From: Candidatus Mycoplasma haematohominis
GTDB lineage: Bacteria; Bacillota_I; Bacilli_A; Mycoplasmatales; Mycoplasmoidaceae
Assembly: GCF_902712995.1 (NCBI RefSeq)
Contig: NZ_CACTIB010000020.1
Span: 66,081-90,080 of the forward strand
Direction: 5' to 3'
Length of the DNA stretch: 24,000 nt
In this document: positions 1-11,517 of the stretch, one piece after another
Numbering within the stretch: the stretch's first letter is position 1
How the letters are laid out: each line of letters begins with the position of its first letter
Notes under the pieces: generated by a model
What the model saw: only the letters and a program-made list of their open reading frames with translations
Told to the model about the DNA's origin: nothing
Database searches by the model: none
Made by a program: the position numbers and the translations under genes

Positions 1-44
1 GCTAAATTAGTTTTATTTGCAAGTATGTTTGGAGCGCTTAGGAA

Positions 45-662
45 ATGAATAAGTTAGATAAATTTAGACCTCATTTTGGTTCAGAGAAGAAGCCTCAGAG
101 AAGGGTTTTTCACTTTTTTGAGACTGTTTCTAATTCAGTTTTTGTCTCTATTACTGGGATCTTTACTACTCTTTTTTTAATAATGTTGAGCTTGTCCATT
201 CTTTTCTTTGATCCTTTTTACAATCAGATGGTGCTTTTCTTATTTTTGGGTATAGTTTGTTTTTGTATTTCATATAAGTTTTTTCTTAAGTCCCATGGAA
301 AGATACTCAGGAATTTAACTTATGATAATTTTCTGGTTTCTAGAAAGAAATTGTTTTCTTGGATTGTCTGAACGTTTAATTTCTATTTATTGTTTTGCTG
401 GTTCTTGTTGATAATTTTGGGTTCTACTCATGGATTTAACTGGAATTTTCCTACTAAGGATGATAAGTTGGCACTCATTATTACGGATCCACAGACTACT
501 AAGGTTTTAGGATTTGTATTACTATGTGTACATATGTTTTTGCTTTTATTAATAAAAGGAGTTATTTATTATTGGGATAAGATTTTTTCTTTTGCTGCTA
601 GAGAGTTTGAAAGAAGAAGAAAGGTTTTGGAATCAGTTAGAAGTAAAGCAAGTTTAGGTTAG
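45..662 (+). CDS. hypothetical polytopic membrane protein (~205 aa, about 4 TM helices)
   Basis: Track ORFs 45-371 and 390-662 share a frame and are separated only by TGA 369-371. With TGA=Trp they form one ORF ending at TAG 660-662, with an in-frame TAG at 39-41 upstream. The translation has four long hydrophobic stretches and basic loops. No family recognised. Confidence 0.55.
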
Positions 663-666
663 GGAG

Positions 667-1230
667 ATGCAATCATTAAATTACCACAGACAGTATCTAT
701 GGATTTTTTTCTATATGTTTTTTGTGCTGTTGTGGGTCGCTTTAATTGCTGATTGTATTTATGTAGGTAGTAGTTCAAGTGGTAGTGGTTTTGCTCTTAG
801 AACTCCTAGATTTTTAAATGTTGTCTTTGTATTTATATTTGCAGCTATTTCTGCATTGTTGCAAAATCAGTGACCTAAGTTTCTTCTTAAGCCAGATTTA
901 TTGAAGGTAGATAACAAATATTGGAAGAAAAAATTTATAAAGGTTAGGACGAGAAGAAAGATTAGAAAGAATGTTAAGAAGCATAAATACGTAACTTTTT
1001 TCACTGTTCATGCAATTGCTAACTTTATTGGTTTAATACCTATGATTACTTTGGTTGTATTGGGTTTGTGTGGTATTTTGGATACGGCTAGAACTCAAGG
1101 GACAATATTGTCTCTTGCTTTTTTCTTAACTGCTGCATCTATTAAGTATCTTGCTTGGTATATAACTAGTATCGCATCTAGGATCACTATCTTTCGAGGG
1201 GTGAAAAGATTGAATATGTTTAAAAATTAA
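667..1230 (+). CDS. hypothetical polytopic membrane protein (~187 aa, about 4 TM helices)
   Basis: Track ORFs 667-873 and 901-1230 share a frame and are joined through TGA 871-873. The ORF ends at TAA 1228-1230. It has hydrophobic segments plus a very basic central loop (KKKFIKVRTRRKIRKNVKKHK). It lies directly upstream of atpB, but I do not recognise it as AtpI. Confidence 0.55.
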
Positions 1231-1244
1231 TATTTATAGGTAGT

Positions 1245-2018
1245 ATGGCTAGTGAAGCGTTTAGCTTAGATTGGAAGTTTTCAGGTCACATCGTTACGAT
1301 GTTGACTTTGACATTCTTGATGTGTGGATTGTGTATTTACTATTCATATTCATTGAAGAAGGCAACTAGTTATCAGAAGATTCCTACTGTTGCATTCTTG
1401 ATGTTTATTGCCATTCAGTGAATTAAGAAGAATACTTATCAGATAGTTGGGAAGTCTTATAAGGTAGCAGTTCCGTTTTTTATATACATAATTTCTCTAT
1501 TTTGGTTTTCGAACATAATTTCCATACTCGGATTTGATTCCCTAGGTAATACTCTGGTAGTTCCTGCTTCGTTAGCTCTGGTAGTGTTCTTAGGAACTAT
1601 TATCTCTGGTTTAGTCCATAGGGGTTATAGATTCTTTGGAGATTATGTTGTTTGGCTGAGGATTAAAGGCCAGAAGATATTTCCTATTGTTGATCCTTTA
1701 AAGTTTGTTGGGGAGATTAGTAAGATTCTTTCTCTTACATTTAGGCTCTGAGGTAATACTTTAGCTGGTTCTCTTATATTGTTTGTGGTTATGAGCTTTA
1801 CTGAAGGATTGTTCAAACAAGGAGGAATTGAATATATGGGTCCTATATTAATCCCTTTGTTTGTATTCCCTCTTCACATCTATTTTGACGTTATTGATGG
1901 AACCATTCAACCATTAATATTTATGGTGCTAACTATGTGCTACTGAGCTATGGCAAGACATGGTGAAGGATCATCAGATAAAAATTATGATGTTCAACCT
2001 GAGGTGTTTATAGATTAA
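1245..2018 (+). CDS. atpB: F0F1 ATP synthase subunit a
   Basis: ATG at 1245 and TAA at 2016-2018, 257 aa, with three in-frame TGA codons, so it is absent from the standard-code track. The protein is polytopic and carries the subunit-a signature LTFRLWGNTLAGSL (the essential Arg in the LRLxGN motif). It sits first in the atp gene order. Confidence 0.9.
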
Positions 2019-2041
2019 AATAAATATAGATCAAATTATTT

Positions 2042-2329
2042 ATGGGTGATTTCGCTGAGCTTGTTGTTGAGTTAGTTAATGGGATTTCTTTTTCTCTTCA
2101 AACTGGTGATACAGGTAAGTACATAGGTGCGGGTGTTTCTCTTATTGCAGGTTTAGGTGCTGCTTTAGGTCAAGGTTATATTGGAGGTAAAGCTATTGAA
2201 GCTCTTGCTAGGAATCCAGAAGTGGAAGCTCTAATTTTTAGACAGTTTATAGTTGGAGCAGCTATCTGTGAGTCGGCTGCTATTTACGGTTTGATCGTTG
2301 CTATTTTGTTAATGTTCGCCGTAAGTTAG
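2042..2329 (+). CDS. atpE: F0F1 ATP synthase subunit c
   Basis: 95-aa hairpin proteolipid. It has the glycine-rich helix GAGVSLIAGLGAALGQGYIGG, the ARNPE loop and a carboxylate in helix 2 (ICESAAIYGLIV). Confidence 0.9.
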   Translation: MGDFAELVVELVNGISFSLQTGDTGKYIGAGVSLIAGLGAALGQGYIGGKAIEALARNPEVEALIFRQFIVGAAICESAAIYGLIVAILLMFAVS

Positions 2330-2378
2330 TTAAAGTTAGGTTAGTCCGATTAAGATCTGATAGCTTTTCGCTCGTTAT

Positions 2379-2397
2379 CCGGGATTATTTTTCCCGG
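2379..2397 (+). terminator. GC-rich hairpin between atpE and atpF (possible partial terminator or mRNA stabiliser)
   Basis: CCGGGA (2379-2384) pairs with TCCCGG (2392-2397) around a 7-nt loop and is followed by TTCTT. It stands out in an AT-rich context, but the stem is short and function is unproven. Confidence 0.25.
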
Positions 2398-2402
2398 TTC
2401 TT

Positions 2403-3017
2403 ATGCATTTAAAAGAGATGGAGAGTTGAAATCTATCACTTCTTAGTGGAAATAGTTCAACTTTTGCAGAGAAAATATCTAAATTTGTAGAAGAACACTT
2501 AAAAATGAATGTCTGAGTTTTTTTAGTCCATCTTGTTTGTGCCATCATCATTATGGCTTTCATCGCTATATGAGTATGGAAACCAACGAATGATTTTGTT
2601 GCTAATCAAAAGAAGAAGCTGGAGAAGGAAAAGAATGATTTGGTTGTTAACAATAGGGAGACAAGATATTTTTTGGGTTTGCTAAAGAAGGAGAAGAATG
2701 AGCTTTTCTACACTAAGAGAGCAATTACTAGAGCAGCTATAGATGAAGCAGAGAGAATTAGAACAGAAGCACAGAGATCTGTTAATTTAGTTGTTGCTGA
2801 TATGCAGAGAAAAGCTGAGGAAAGAATTGAGTTGATGGAAGAGAAAGCTAAAGAACACATCAAGGAGAAAATCGTTAATGTTGCATTGGAATTGACAGAA
2901 AAGCTTGTTGATGCGAATATAAATGATGCGAACAACAAAGCTATTATTGATGCTTACTTAAAAGAATTAGAAGAGAAGAAATTGGTTGAAGGTGAAGCTC
3001 GTAAGTTAACACAATAA
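2403..3017 (+). CDS. atpF: F0F1 ATP synthase subunit b
   Basis: The frame of track ORF 2640-3017 stays open upstream through TGA codons back to TAG 2361-2363. It contains the TM helix VWVFLVHLVCAIIIMAFIAIWVWKP followed by a long charged coiled-coil tail, typical of subunit b. The start is uncertain: ATG 2403 gives 204 aa, with alternatives at ATG 2418 or ATG 2505. Confidence 0.75.
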
Positions 3018-3020
3018 CCT

Positions 3021-3578
3021 ATGTCTAGTTTTCAGTACTGTGTTCAAATTGTTTCTAGAGTTGCTGATGCTCTAGTTGGTTTATTTTCCATAAACGAACA
3101 AGAGAAGCTTTTAGAAGAGGTTGATTCTTTGGTTGAGTATTTTGAAAAAGAAAGAGAGGTTGCTGATTTTTTGAAAAATAGATTGTCTGATAGAGATACC
3201 AAAAAAGAAATAGTTGATTTATTATCTAAATCTGGACTACACGTTTACTTGGTTAATGTTTTTTATATGTTGATAGATAAAAATTTGATTTCTCATTTGG
3301 ATCTGTTTCTTTCAACAATAAGAACTAAGTTGCAAAAGAATCTACAGGTTAGAAATATCTATGTTTATTCAGCTTTTCCTGTAATTGCTGATCAAAAAGT
3401 GAGAATTGAGAAACTTTGAAAAATGAGAAAACAGTCTTCTAAATGCAATTTCTTTTATGCTATAGACAAGAGCTTGAAATTGGGAATTAAGATTCAAGAG
3501 GACACATACGTTGAAGAATTCTCATTGAGTTCTAATTTGTTGAATGTGAAATTAAAATTAGATTCAGTTCTATTCTAG
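3021..3578 (+). CDS. atpH: F0F1 ATP synthase subunit delta
   Basis: Track ORF 3021-3419 continues through TGA 3417-3419 to TAG 3576-3578 (185 aa). The call rests on its position between atpF and atpA, its size, and a C-terminal segment (AIDKSLKLGIKIQEDTYVEEFSL) matching the delta-subunit IDpSLiGG-type end. The rest of the sequence is divergent. Confidence 0.7.
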
Positions 3579-3597
3579 TTGTTTTTTTAATTTAGCA

Positions 3598-5133
3598 ATG
3601 CCAGATTTAAAGTTAGATACTCATACAGAGGCGATTAAGGATTTAATCAAGAACTATAAGAAGACTTCTGTAAGTAGTGAGATTGGTCAGGTAGTTACTA
3701 ACTCTGATGGAATTCTTACTATTTCTGGTTTGAACGATGTTCAGTTGAATGAGGTTGTAATAATTAACGATAAGTTTTATGCACTTGTTTTATCTTTGAA
3801 TGCTGATTTGATTGGTGCTGTTATGTTGAGTGAATACGATGAAGTTAAAGAGGGAAATCTTGTTAAGAGATCAGGTAGAAGTTTCTCAGCGCCTGTTGGA
3901 TCTCAATTACTAGGTCGGGCAATTAGCGTTGTTGGTAGACAAATTGATGGAGGATTAGATCTAGGAGATCTTCCTATGGAACAAGTGGAAAGAATAGCCC
4001 CTGGAGTTATGGAAAGACAGACTGTTTCTGAACCTCTTTATACAGGTATTCTTGCTATTGATTCTTTGATTCCTATTGGTAAAGGACAAAGGGAATTAAT
4101 TATTGGTGACAGGCAGACAGGAAAAACATCCATAGCTATTGATGCGATTATTAATCAGAAAGGAAAGGATTGTTATTGTGTTTATGTTTCTATCGGTCAG
4201 AAGAACTCTACTTTGTTTCAGCTAATTCAGAAACTTAAAGATAAAGATGCTCTTTCATACACAACCATAGTTAATGCTTCTGCTTCTGATCTTCCATCTC
4301 TTAAATATCTAGCCCCTTTTGTTGGTATCACTATTGCTGAGAAATGAATGAGAGAAGGTAAAGATGTTCTTATTGTTTACGATGATTTAACTCAACATGC
4401 TATTGCTTATAGAACCATGTCTCTTCTATTGAACTTTGCGCCCGGTAGAGAAGCCTTTCCGGGTGATGTTTTCTATTTACACTCTAGATTGCTTGAAAGA
4501 GCAGGTAGATTGAGCAAGGAATATGGGGGTGGTTCTATAACTGCTCTTCCTATTATTCAGACACAGGCAGATGATATTTCTGCATATATTCCTACAAACG
4601 TTATCTCCATTACTGATGGTCAGATTTTCCTGAAAACTATGCTGTTTAACCAAGGTCAGAGACCCGCTATTGATGTTGGGTTGTCTGTTTCTAGGGTTGG
4701 TGGTTCTGCTCAGAAAAAGGCAATTAAAGATATGAGTAGTACTATGAAATTGGAGTTGGCTCAGTATTTTGAGGTTCTGGAATTCTCTAGATTTGGTTCT
4801 GAGTTGAATGATCATACAAAGAACACTTTGGATTTGGGAGCTAAGATTCAGAAGTGCTTGATTCAGAAATTGAATAAGCCTAGAAGTCCTGCAGAAGAGT
4901 TGTTTATTCTTTGTTTGATTAGGGAGAGATATATTCTTAAAGTTGAAGATGTGAATGATGTCGTTGAATATCTGGATGTTGCATTGAATAATTTTGCAAA
5001 GAGTGACCTACCTAATTCAATAAATTTTGACGTTTCTACGCCCCTAGAGCATAGAGAAAAAATGAGAGATATTGCTTATAGTAGTTATGAGGAGTTTCTT
5101 CTTGTTAAACAGCAGAGACAGGAAGAAAAATAG
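3598..5133 (+). CDS. atpA: F0F1 ATP synthase subunit alpha
   Basis: Track ORFs 3598-4347 and 4348-5133 are one 511-aa gene joined at TGA 4345-4347. It has the Walker A motif GDRQTGKT, plus [15 protein letters not shown] and the [21 protein letters not shown] block typical of alpha. Confidence 0.97.
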
Positions 5134-5147
5134 TAAGTAGTGGTACC

Positions 5148-6020
5148 TTGTCAAACCTACCGCAAATTAATAGAAAAATTAAGTCTGTTAGGGTTACATC
5201 TAGGATTACACGCGCACTTGAGATAGTTTCAGCAACTCAGAGTCATATTTATAGGGATTTACAATCTAAGTCTTTAGTTTATTTTCAGGGGATATACAAG
5301 ATTTTCTATGAGGTTTTCAGTGATCCTGAACATGATATTAGAGAGACAAATAAAAGACTTATTTCTTTTTCTAGGAAGAAAAGGGAGCTTTGGTTGTTGT
5401 TAGGAACAGATATTGGAATGTGTGGGGATATGAATGATCAGATGAAGAAGTATATTCTGCATGCATTTAATCCAAAAGGAGATGGTTTGGTGGTTCTAGG
5501 AAATCGTTTAGCTTCTTCTATAGAAAAAGATTTAGGGCAGTATTTTGAATTTAAAGATAAGAGTGAATTGGGGGTTAGGAATGCAAATAGTTCGATAAGA
5601 AAATTGACTAAGAGATTATTTAATTTGTTTATGGACAAGGGGTATCAAAAGTTAACTATTGTTTATATGAAAGACCCTAAAAAAGGAATATTGGAAAAAT
5701 TAAATCTTTTACCTTTTACAGAAAAATATTTTTCAAATAGAAAGAAAGTATTTGTTAGTTCTTTCAACGCTCAAGTTAAATATCCAGATGTTGTTATCGA
5801 TTTGTTTCCTCAATATTTAGAATGTATTATCTTAGGAGCCGTGATTAGTTCTAAATTAGGAGAACATTTGATCAGAAGAGAGTTGATGAATAGCGCAACT
5901 AAAAATGCAAATGAATTATTGGATGAATATACATTATTGTTTAATAAGATAAGACAGTCTAATATTACTCAAGAGATAACTGAGATAGTTGTTGCGTCAC
6001 AATTTAAGACAAAGAAATAA
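5148..6020 (+). CDS. atpG: F0F1 ATP synthase subunit gamma
   Basis: 290 aa with a TTG start. The N-terminus INRKIKSVRVTSRITRALEIVSA and the C-terminus IRQSNITQEITEIV match the conserved gamma termini. It lies between atpA and atpD. Confidence 0.9.
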   Translation: MSNLPQINRKIKSVRVTSRITRALEIVSATQSHIYRDLQSKSLVYFQGIYKIFYEVFSDPEHDIRETNKRLISFSRKKRELWLLLGTDIGMCGDMNDQMKKYILHAFNPKGDGLVVLGNRLASSIEKDLGQYFEFKDKSELGVRNANSSIRKLTKRLFNLFMDKGYQKLTIVYMKDPKKGILEKLNLLPFTEKYFSNRKKVFVSSFNAQVKYPDVVIDLFPQYLECIILGAVISSKLGEHLIRRELMNSATKNANELLDEYTLLFNKIRQSNITQEITEIVVASQFKTKK

Positions 6021-6034
6021 AATTTATTAAGTAG

Positions 6035-7477
<1,443 letters not shown>

Positions 7478-7481
7478 AAGT

Positions 7482-8177
7482 TTGTTTAAAACAATTAGAG
7501 AATATTACTTATCTGAATTAGTAAACTTACAAAATTCGAATTCTTCTGCTTCCTGCAGCTTGAGGACTAGAATAGAGTCCCTAAGGGAGCATCTACTGAA
7601 AATCTTTGATTGAAAAGATGTAGGAACTATTGTTTTTTTACCGAATCCGTATTATGCGAAGATAACATTTATAAATTATTTGTTGAAGAATTCTGATAAG
7701 AGTAAGGTAGGTTTTTTCAGTAATAGTAAGGAGAGAGATTCTTTTATTTTTGAACAAAATAATTTAAATGCTACATACTTCAAGAATTTGGAAGAGCTCA
7801 ATCATTCTAATTTTGACACTTCAGTTTGTTTTCTTTCTGAACTAGAAAAGTGTTTTGATGATAAAAATTTATCTTTGGAGGATACTTGATGTAAAAAAGA
7901 TAACTGTAGGTATTTAGTTGTGGAAGTGTTGGGAGAATTTTCAAAATTAATAAAGGAGTCGGATGTTTTTATATTTACACCTATGCCAGGAGTTACAGTA
8001 ATGGGATTTAAGAATTATTTGAAATTAGAACCGGTTATATTAGGTTCTAAATCTGTTGTTCATGCGGATAGAATTAAGTATGCTGTTAGTGATTTACTTT
8101 ACAAATTCGAATGCGGAACATTACATCTTCCCTTATTATTATCAATAGAGAATTACTATAGAAATAGTAGCAATTAG
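7482..8177 (+). CDS. atpC: ORF in the atpC position; probable divergent ATP synthase epsilon subunit
   Basis: The frame is open from just after the atpD stop to TAG 8175-8177 when TGA 7611 and 7887 are read as Trp (231 codons from TTG 7482). Track ORFs 7680-7889 and 7920-8177 are pieces of it. Only the last ~85 aa (VFIFTPMPGVTVMGFKNY...FECGTLHL) loosely resemble the epsilon beta-sandwich. The assignment rests mainly on synteny. The start is very uncertain, with GTG 7920 as an alternative. Confidence 0.4.
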
Positions 8178-8179
8178 TT

Positions 8180-8893
8180 TTGGGTAAAGAAAGGATAATT
8201 ATCAAGATAAGTGGTGCGACTTTAGAAAATCGAAAAGATAATACAATTATCGACGGAGATACGCTTACTAAGTTAGCTCAACAAGTCAAGACGCTTGCTG
8301 AAAATTATGAAGTTGCCCTAGTTATTGGAGGAGGGAATATATGAAGGGGAAAAGAGAACAATCTTGCTCCTCTTCTGAATCAGGATTCTCACATTATCGG
8401 TATGCTTTCCACCCTTATTAATTCCATCGTTTTCCAGAATTATCTGACACATATAGGAGCTAAGTCAGTTATTTTTTCCTCTATTTCTTGTCCTAGAGTT
8501 GCTGAGGATATTTGTACAGAGAGAGTTGAGAGTGCATTTAGTAGCGGAAAAATAGTTATTTTTGCTTCCGGTTCTGGTTTACCTTTTGTAACTACTGATA
8601 CATGTATAGCTATCAGAGCTCTTGAGGTGAAAGCTGACAGGATATTGATTGGCAAGAATGGTGTTAAAGGGATATATGACAAAGATCCTAATCAATTTTC
8701 AGATGCTAAGTTCTTTACAGAAATTAGTTATGAGGAGATTATTGAAAGAAGATTGAAAGTTATGGATTTAGCTTCTATGACTCTTTTGTTGGATAATGGA
8801 AGACCTAAATTAGTTGTGTTTGATCAGGATGCTGAGAATGCATATATTAAAGCTTTAACTGGAGACGATTTAGAGCATACTGTAGTCTACTAG
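8180..8893 (+). CDS. pyrH: UMP kinase
   Basis: TTG start at 8180, in frame with track ORF 8402-8893 through TGA 8342-8344 (237 aa). It has RIIIKISGATLE, VALVIGGGNIWRGK (the TGA falls on the conserved Trp) and the FASGSGLPFVTTDT block. Confidence 0.9.
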
Positions 8894-8895
8894 TA

Positions 8896-9453
8896 ATGGA
8901 CTTTGATTGGGCTTCTTTGGAAGAGAAGTTTCAGGGGGATTTTGCGGGTGTAGTTGATAGATTAGAGAAGAATTACAAGAAGCTTTATACATCTAGAGTT
9001 AGTCCTGATTTAGTTTCTGATGTGTACGTTAATGCTTATGGTTCTGAAATGAAAATACAGGAAACAGCTAACTTTCAGGTTTCAGCTGCCAGAACATTGG
9101 TTATTAAGCCTTATGATGTTTCTATCATGGATGAAATAGTAAAGGGTTTACAGAAGTATCATCCAGAGTTTAGTCCGATAGTGCAATCAGATCATATAAA
9201 AATAATTCTTAATCCTCCTACAGAGGAGAGTAGAAAGAAAGCAGTTAAGGAAGCTAAGGAGTATTTAGAGCAGGCTAAGATAGGTGTTAGAAATATAAGG
9301 AAAGAATGTATGGATAAATTGAAAAAAGATGATCAAATACCTGAAGATCAAGAGAAAAAGTATATAAATCAGATAGATGTAGAAATAAAGAAGATGAACG
9401 GTAAATTAGAGGCTATATTTAGCGCTAAAGAGAAAGACCTGATGACAATTTAA
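8896..9453 (+). CDS. frr: ribosome recycling factor
   Basis: 185 aa of typical Frr length, positioned after pyrH. The C-terminal helical region is charged (ESRKKAVKEAKEYLEQAKIGVRNIRKE). Confidence 0.92.
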   Translation: MDFDWASLEEKFQGDFAGVVDRLEKNYKKLYTSRVSPDLVSDVYVNAYGSEMKIQETANFQVSAARTLVIKPYDVSIMDEIVKGLQKYHPEFSPIVQSDHIKIILNPPTEESRKKAVKEAKEYLEQAKIGVRNIRKECMDKLKKDDQIPEDQEKKYINQIDVEIKKMNGKLEAIFSAKEKDLMTI

Positions 9454-9990
9454 ATGATAGGACTTAATCCTTGAAAGTTGGAAGAGGATAAGTTTTGTGT
9501 TTTGTTGTTGGAATCAAATGACTGTAGCTTAGAGGAGGGATTAGATAGGAGTTTGAATATTAAGAAGGCAAAGATAAATAAGTTATTTGCAGTAAAGATA
9601 TTTTTAGATCCTCATTCTGTTAGAGGTTATATCTCTGGTAAGTGAGAGCATAGTGATGGTGTTTTGAATAGTAAGGCTCTTAAGGAGTTTATGAATTTTG
9701 TGAGTGATAGTTATATAGTTGGGTACAAGGGAAATAAGTTTTTATTTCCTATGATTAATGACAATTTATTGTCTCAGGGATTTAAGAAATTGAGTCATCT
9801 AAAAACTATAGATATGGAAGAGGTTTTGGATTGAGTTGAGAGCGAGACTTTAGTGGGAGAGGCATTGAAGGAATTGGATAGTATAAACAATGAGAATGCC
9901 TGTATTTTTACTAGGGTAAATCGTTTGTCTGATTTCTTTATAGATAGATTGTTGCCTGTTTTGAAACATGGTTTCAATTCGAAAACTTAA
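9454..9990 (+). CDS. hypothetical protein (178 aa), possibly a degenerate DnaQ/DEDD-like exonuclease fold
   Basis: ATG 9454 to TAA 9988-9990 with three in-frame TGA codons, so it is absent from the track. I verified it codon by codon. The spacing of FCVLLLESND, FMNFVSDSYIVGYKGNKFLFPM and NENACIFTRVNRLSDFF resembles Exo I/II/III motifs, with most catalytic residues replaced. The fold call is pattern recognition only. Confidence 0.5.
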
Positions 9991-10891
9991 AGGTGTTCTT
10001 TCTTCTAGATTAAAAGTAGGGATTGCGGTTGTTTTAGCTTTAGTTCTTGCTTGTTTTTTTAGTTATTTATTTCAAGGATCTGCTTCATCATTTCATACAT
10101 TTATTTTTGTTTTCTGGGTATTGTTATTGTTCCCTTTTGTTTGATTGAGTATTAGGGAGATATTGTTGTTAAGGAAAGAAGGTTTTTTTGATTACAGGAT
10201 TGTTGGTTCTTTAGTTAGTTTTTTGATATTTGTTCCTATTTTTGTTTCTTTTGTGATGAGGTCTGGATTTTCTTATGATTTTAAGCCTATTTTGGGGTAT
10301 GGAATTGTTTCTGTTTGTTGTCTTTTGTTTTTATTGTGGGGATTATCTAAGTTGTTAGTTGGAGTATATACACCTTGGGTTGATTTTCGTATATGCGCTA
10401 GGAATAAATCTTTTACTTCTTTATTGGTGTCTGCGGGTGTTTTTTGAAATTCTGTTTTTTTTATGACTGTTTTTGCTCCTTGGTATGTATTAGCTTTTAT
10501 TTTTTTGTTTGTTGTATTGAATGATTCTTTCGCTCTTTTATTTGGTTGCTTGTTTGGGAGAACTCCGCTCATAGAGTATTCTCCTAAGAAGTCCTGAGAG
10601 GGTTTAATTATTGCTGTTTTGTTATCCCTTTTAATTTGTGTAGCTATGTTCTATTTGATACCTATTTCTTCTTTGCCAGCTGAATTGTTTTTTTCTTTGT
10701 TTGTTTGATTTTTATTGATTGCTAATATGGGAGATATATACTACAGTATGCATAAGAGGTTATACAGAATAAAGGATTATTCAAATTTATTGAAGTCTCA
10801 TGGAGGCTTTTGAGATAGATTTGATTCACAATGTTTTGCGCTTGTTGTTGGCTCTATAGTTTCTTTGCTGTGATACTCTTATGCTTATTAA
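9968..10891 (+). CDS. cdsA: phosphatidate cytidylyltransferase (CDP-diglyceride synthase)
   Basis: ATG 9968 to TAA 10889-10891 (307 aa) with several in-frame TGA codons. Track ORF 10145-10447 is a fragment. The protein is polytopic and carries the CdsA signatures [28 protein letters not shown] and SMHKRLYRIKDYSNLLKSHGGFWDRFDS. Confidence 0.87.
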
Positions 10892-11517
10892 TCTAGCTCG
10901 TCTATAGGATCTGAACTTTCTAGTTGTTTCATTGGTTCTATAGTTTCAACTTTTTCTATTGAATAGATTTCTGGTTCTTCTGGTTGTTGTTTAATCATTG
11001 TGAAGCCGGCGAATAGAGCGTGGATGTGTCTTTTAAAGGATAGATATATCTTTATAAATATTCCTTTTATTGATAGTATGCCTATTGTTAGGATAGCTAT
11101 GAAGAATCATTTGAGTATTTGATCTGCTGTAGTTGTTCCTCCTTTGTAGGTAGCTCATATTCAGCATATGAAACCTAGGCTGAATAGTAAGTTTGTCAAG
11201 ATAAGTAGTCTTAGTTTTCAGATAGATGATTTGACATAGGCATCTCTGTATGTCTCATCTCTTAGTAATTTGAAGGATATAGGGATTGCTTTTAGGGCTA
11301 CTATCATGTCTATTAGGCAGATAGCTGAGAAGGCAATACTACAACCCAACTTTACTTCTGTTTGTTCTGCTTTTTGGAATATTAGTATCAGAACAGCAAT
11401 CATTAAGATTAGGATTGCTGTCCAACAATAAATAACTTTAGAGCACTGTTTTAGAAAATCCTCTGAAGTAGCTTTTGTTTCTTTATAGTTATTTCTTTTT
11501 TGATATCTGAATAACAT
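10888..11517 (-). CDS. hypothetical 4-TM membrane protein (209 aa) with an acidic C-terminal tail
   Basis: Track ORF 11218-11517 continues through TGA codons to TAA (complement of 10888-10890). I checked all triplets for TAA/TAG. It has four hydrophobic helices and ends ...EEPEIYSIEKVETIEPMKQLESSDPIDELD. Confidence 0.55.
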
